A DNA stretch of 64,000 nt from an uncultured Gammaproteobacteria bacterium (GTDB taxonomy: Bacteria > Pseudomonadota > Gammaproteobacteria > Steroidobacterales > Woeseiaceae): NCBI GenBank assembly GCA_937899415.1, contig CALBPI010000069.1, positions 4,280 to 68,279 of the forward strand, written 5' to 3'. The number at the start of each line of letters is the position of its first letter. Positions within the stretch are counted from its first letter, which is position 1. Of the stretch, positions 61,101 to 64,000 are shown piece after piece. A program made the position numbers and the translations under genes. Under the pieces are notes generated by a model, which was given only the letters and a program-made list of their open reading frames with translations, was not told the origin of the DNA and searched no databases.

Positions 61101-63196
61101 CCGATCTCCTCGATCAGTTGGGTGCCTTCCCAGCTCGCTATGCGGGTCTCCTGGGTGGCGAACGCTGACTGCGTCGCGGCATTGCCACAGATCCAGGGGT
61201 TGTCGGAAACAAAGTAGCGGTCGTCGTCATCGATATGGATGTAGTCGGGCTGGTAGATGTAGTCGCGCGGCGGCTGCACAACCGGGGTGTCGCAGTAGCA
61301 GCGCTGGATATAGGGGTTGTGGTCCTGTACGTCGATCAAGCCGAGCTGCGACTCCAGAAACGGTCCGTCCTGAAGATCATCCCCGGCCGGGCACGCCAAG
61401 GTGCCCGCATCCATGTTGCGTGGCGTCTCGACGGGTTTGGCACGGAAATCCTCGATGAAGTAGGGATACAGCGGTGCCACGAACTCGCCGTTTTCCGGCT
61501 GATCGATAATGCTGAATGTCAACGGGTCGACCCGGTCCCCGGGCAGGTCGGGAACTTCAAGCGCGATGGCATCCGTATCGAGTCCCGTCAGCTCGATAAA
61601 TACGGACTCGCCACTTTGCGTGGTCACAGTGGCCGGCAGGGGCCGCGACGGATCGGGCGCGACCGGCGCCGTATTGGTGCCCGGCCATTTCAGCGTCACG
61701 ATTTGCGTGTACTGGTTCGGATTGTCTGCGGGCGCCATGGTGACGTTGCCGCTATCGTCCTCAGCCTCCCAGTTGATGTAGTAGCGCACGCCGCCGTTGA
61801 CCGGCGGCGCCGCCAGCACAGCCGGCGCATCATCACGAACGTCGGGCACCGGGTCGGCAAGATCGATGACGCTGAATTTGCCGAGCTCTGTACGATCGCC
61901 GTTCAGGACGATGTCATCCTCGGTGTAGCGCGCGAAGCTGTCCGGTATGAGCAACAGGGGTGGCTGCGTGTCCTCGACGCTGACACTCTGGATCAGGCTG
62001 GTCGTCAGCGACGTGCCCGCGAACGTCTGATTCGAGGCGACATCGAACTCGGGTTCGGCCGGATTGTAGTTGCCATCGTCAAAGATCTGCCACTCGATAT
62101 CGACGGTAGTGCCGATTTCGATCAGCGAGGTTGGATTGACGGGGCGCAGTGTCAGGCGCTTGCCGCATGCGTCTGTGAAGACAAAGCGCTCGGCGAGCAC
62201 GTCGCGAATCCGATTGAAGCGCGCACCCCCAAAATCGCTCGCCTCAACACTGACCGTCTGCTGGTCAATGGTGGCGCCCGTATCGGGGTCTGAGAACAGC
62301 GGCGGGTGCACATCCCAAACCCGCAAGGTTTGCACACGAGAGTGGCGGGCAGACGCTTCTTCGTCGCCGAGGAAGCCGGGTGTATCGTTCGTGGCGAATT
62401 CGATCCCCGTCAATGCCGCGCGTGTGCCAAGGTCAACGGCGAATTCCTTGAGGATCTCCGAGTCTCGGCGCGCCCGATTGGCCGCGCGAGCATTGAATTG
62501 CCCGGACGCCGTTCTGGTAAGCGTCGAGCCGTTCTTCGATTCCGACGCGACGCCGAATCCGGCCTGAAACAGCGGAAAGTGAATGTCCCAGAACGGCGAG
62601 AGCTGGGTCTCGGCGACCCAGTTCATGCTGTAGTCGGATTCGGCCAGCGAGTGCGCGCCCGCCGTGAAGCCCTCCAGACTGAGTTTGACGCCAGAGTTCT
62701 TGTGCTCGACGAAAGGCGTGCCCAATGGCCCCCAGTTGTTCGCCAGACGCCGAACGGGACCGAAGCCCAGAATGTCTTCATAAGTGGAAGACGCCTGCGG
62801 CAGAGTCAGCGTGTAGTCGCAGGCGAACCCGCCACCGGGCAGGGCATCCGGATACACGGCCGTGTTGCCCGGAATCTCGAGGATTGGGGGTGTGGCTTTC
62901 AGCTCTAGGTTGGTGGAGAACTCGGTCAACTCGATCGCGGTCCCTAACGGCCCGCTGCTGCCAATCCCGACGACAACCGCGGCGTTATGTACTCTGATCA
63001 GATCGCGCTGGTCGTCGCGCAGTGAGTCGTTGTTGAACTCCTGCGAGTAAACGGCAGTTGCGGGCAGAAACAGTGCGACAGTGCACAAAAGGACCGCTTT
63101 CTTACTTACTGACACGTCGAACCACGCTGCTACGACAGTCCGCAATGCGGTGGCGAGTCGGTGAATATCTGTATCCCAGTGCTTATTCGGTCTCAT
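55124..63196 (-). CDS. 2690-aa mosaic cell-surface/adhesin-like protein (HYR/Ig-like, NHL, cadherin-like, DUF11-like, thrombospondin type 3, FG-GAP, Calx-beta modules)
   Basis: The N-terminal hydrophobic anchor is [20 protein letters not shown]. NHL-like blades are [14 protein letters not shown] and [15 protein letters not shown]. The cadherin-like segment is [18 protein letters not shown]. TSP3 calcium-binding repeats are [28 protein letters not shown]...[15 protein letters not shown]. About seven FG-GAP repeats are present ([66 protein letters not shown]). A Calx-beta-like segment is [10 protein letters not shown]. Confidence 0.9.
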   Translation of the reverse strand: [2690 protein letters not shown]

Positions 63197-63351
63197 TTCA
63201 GTTCTCGGACTAGTTTTGGATTGCCTACCTCTTTAAGCGCAGGATCTGGAGAAATCGTCCGGAAAAAGTTGCCCGGGCCTGGAGGCTTGACTCCAAACTC
63301 CGAGGCTGCGCATTTTAGAAAAGGGATACCGCAACGATCGGCAGGTCGACC

Positions 63352-64000
63352 ATGACGAGCAATGACGATCCGAAAGGCAGTTGGAATGAATCGAAAGACT
63401 TGCTTCGGCGAGCGTTAGCGCTCCCGCCGGAAGAACGCGACGCATTTCTGAGCGACGCGTGCGCCGACGATACGGCGCTGCTCAGTAAACTTCGGCAGTT
63501 GATAGCGGGAGCAGAACAAACCGATGCCGGCCTGCGCGCACTGGTTGCGGAGGCCGCGGTGGGGGTCAGCCAGGATATTGCTGTTGATCACTCCGGGCGC
63601 CAAATCGGTCCGTATTCGGTAATCCGTCGTATCGGCGAAGGCGGTATGGGCGATGTGTATCTCGCCGAGCGCGCCGACAATCAGTACCGACAGCAAGTCG
63701 CTATCAAAATACTCAAGCCTGGCCGCGACGAGCAAGTGTTGATTCAGCGCTTTCGCTCAGAACGTCAAATCCTTGCCGATCTGGACCACCCGAATATCGG
63801 GAGACTCATCGACGGCGGAGAAATGGAGAATGGCCGGCCGTACCTTGTGATGGAGTATGTCGATGGCACCCCCATCACGGAATACTGCGACCAAAACGGC
63901 TTGGATACGAAACAGCGCTTGCGGCTCTTTTTGCAATGTTGTGCCGCCGTGTCACACGCACACAAGAGGCTGGTTAATCACCGCGACTTGAAGCCGTCCA
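63352..64000 (+). CDS. Ser/Thr protein kinase (5' part; runs off the window), paralog of the 25878..28685 kinase
   Basis: This ORF is not in the track because it has no stop within the window. My translation is MTSNDDPKGSWNESKDLLRRALALPPEERDAFLSDACADDTALLSKLRQL...IGEGGMGDVYLAE...VAIKILK...HRDLKPS. It has the same N-terminal helical leader followed by a Hanks kinase as the first kinase. Confidence 0.85.
   Translation, partial: MTSNDDPKGSWNESKDLLRRALALPPEERDAFLSDACADDTALLSKLRQLIAGAEQTDAGLRALVAEAAVGVSQDIAVDHSGRQIGPYSVIRRIGEGGMGDVYLAERADNQYRQQVAIKILKPGRDEQVLIQRFRSERQILADLDHPNIGRLIDGGEMENGRPYLVMEYVDGTPITEYCDQNGLDTKQRLRLFLQCCAAVSHAHKRLVNHRDLKPS

Noticed and set aside
1-64000. A scan for tRNA, rRNA, CRISPR arrays, IS elements, integrases and long direct or inverted repeats
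   Set aside because: No intergenic region is long enough or has cloverleaf-like structure. I saw no repeat-spacer periodicity and no transposase or integrase-like ORFs. The only repeats are intragenic low-complexity coding tracts: poly-Gly, poly-Glu, Ala-rich coiled coil and Asp-rich calcium-binding repeats.

Overview
The window is high-GC DNA (roughly 60-66% by eye). It looks like a Gram-negative, probably gammaproteobacterial, chromosome: it has a TonB-dependent receptor, many lipobox lipoproteins, AcnB and a DUF423 protein. I support 37 protein-coding genes, densely packed, and several of them overlap by ATGA. I saw no rRNA, tRNA, CRISPR array, transposase, integrase or phage genes.

Content by block:
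- **1-8.1 kb, zinc-related:** HupE/UreJ, Dcp, a COG0523 GTPase with DUF1826 behind a Zur-like palindrome, and an M1 peptidase with a DUF6702-like partner.
- **8.1-24 kb, all on the minus strand:** isochorismatase, two PuuE-like deacetylases, a sortilin/BNR protein, and the module below.
- **25-31 kb:** an ECF43-type sigma factor, a Ser/Thr kinase with TPR repeats, and a PGRS-like glycine-rich lipoprotein.
- **31-39.5 kb, housekeeping:** DUF423, a FabD-like acyltransferase, a fused E1 dehydrogenase, long-form AcnB and an M28 peptidase.
- **39.6-49.5 kb, apparently lower GC:** a LuxR-type response regulator, a 7TM histidine kinase, two orphan lipoproteins, a DUF6090-like protein and a CPBP protease.
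- **49.4-54.8 kb:** Mog, a serine hydrolase, a CelD-like GNAT, and a TonB receptor behind a second Zur-like palindrome.
- **54.9-63.2 kb:** a 2690-aa mosaic surface protein with a stop/start-overlapping mini-lipoprotein.
- **63.35 kb to the window end:** a second, truncated Ser/Thr kinase, divergent from the giant.

**Best candidate for an undescribed system (8120-18066, minus strand).** It is a translationally coupled module:
- a stand-alone LanM-type dehydratase/kinase domain (DUF4135) with intact catalytic motifs, but no LanC cyclase and no visible precursor peptide;
- a 1685-aa orphan protein with no domain I recognise;
- a lipobox, coiled-coil, two-TM DUF900 alpha/beta-hydrolase;
- an EEP-family lipoprotein.

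All family assignments come from motif recognition by eye. No database search was run.
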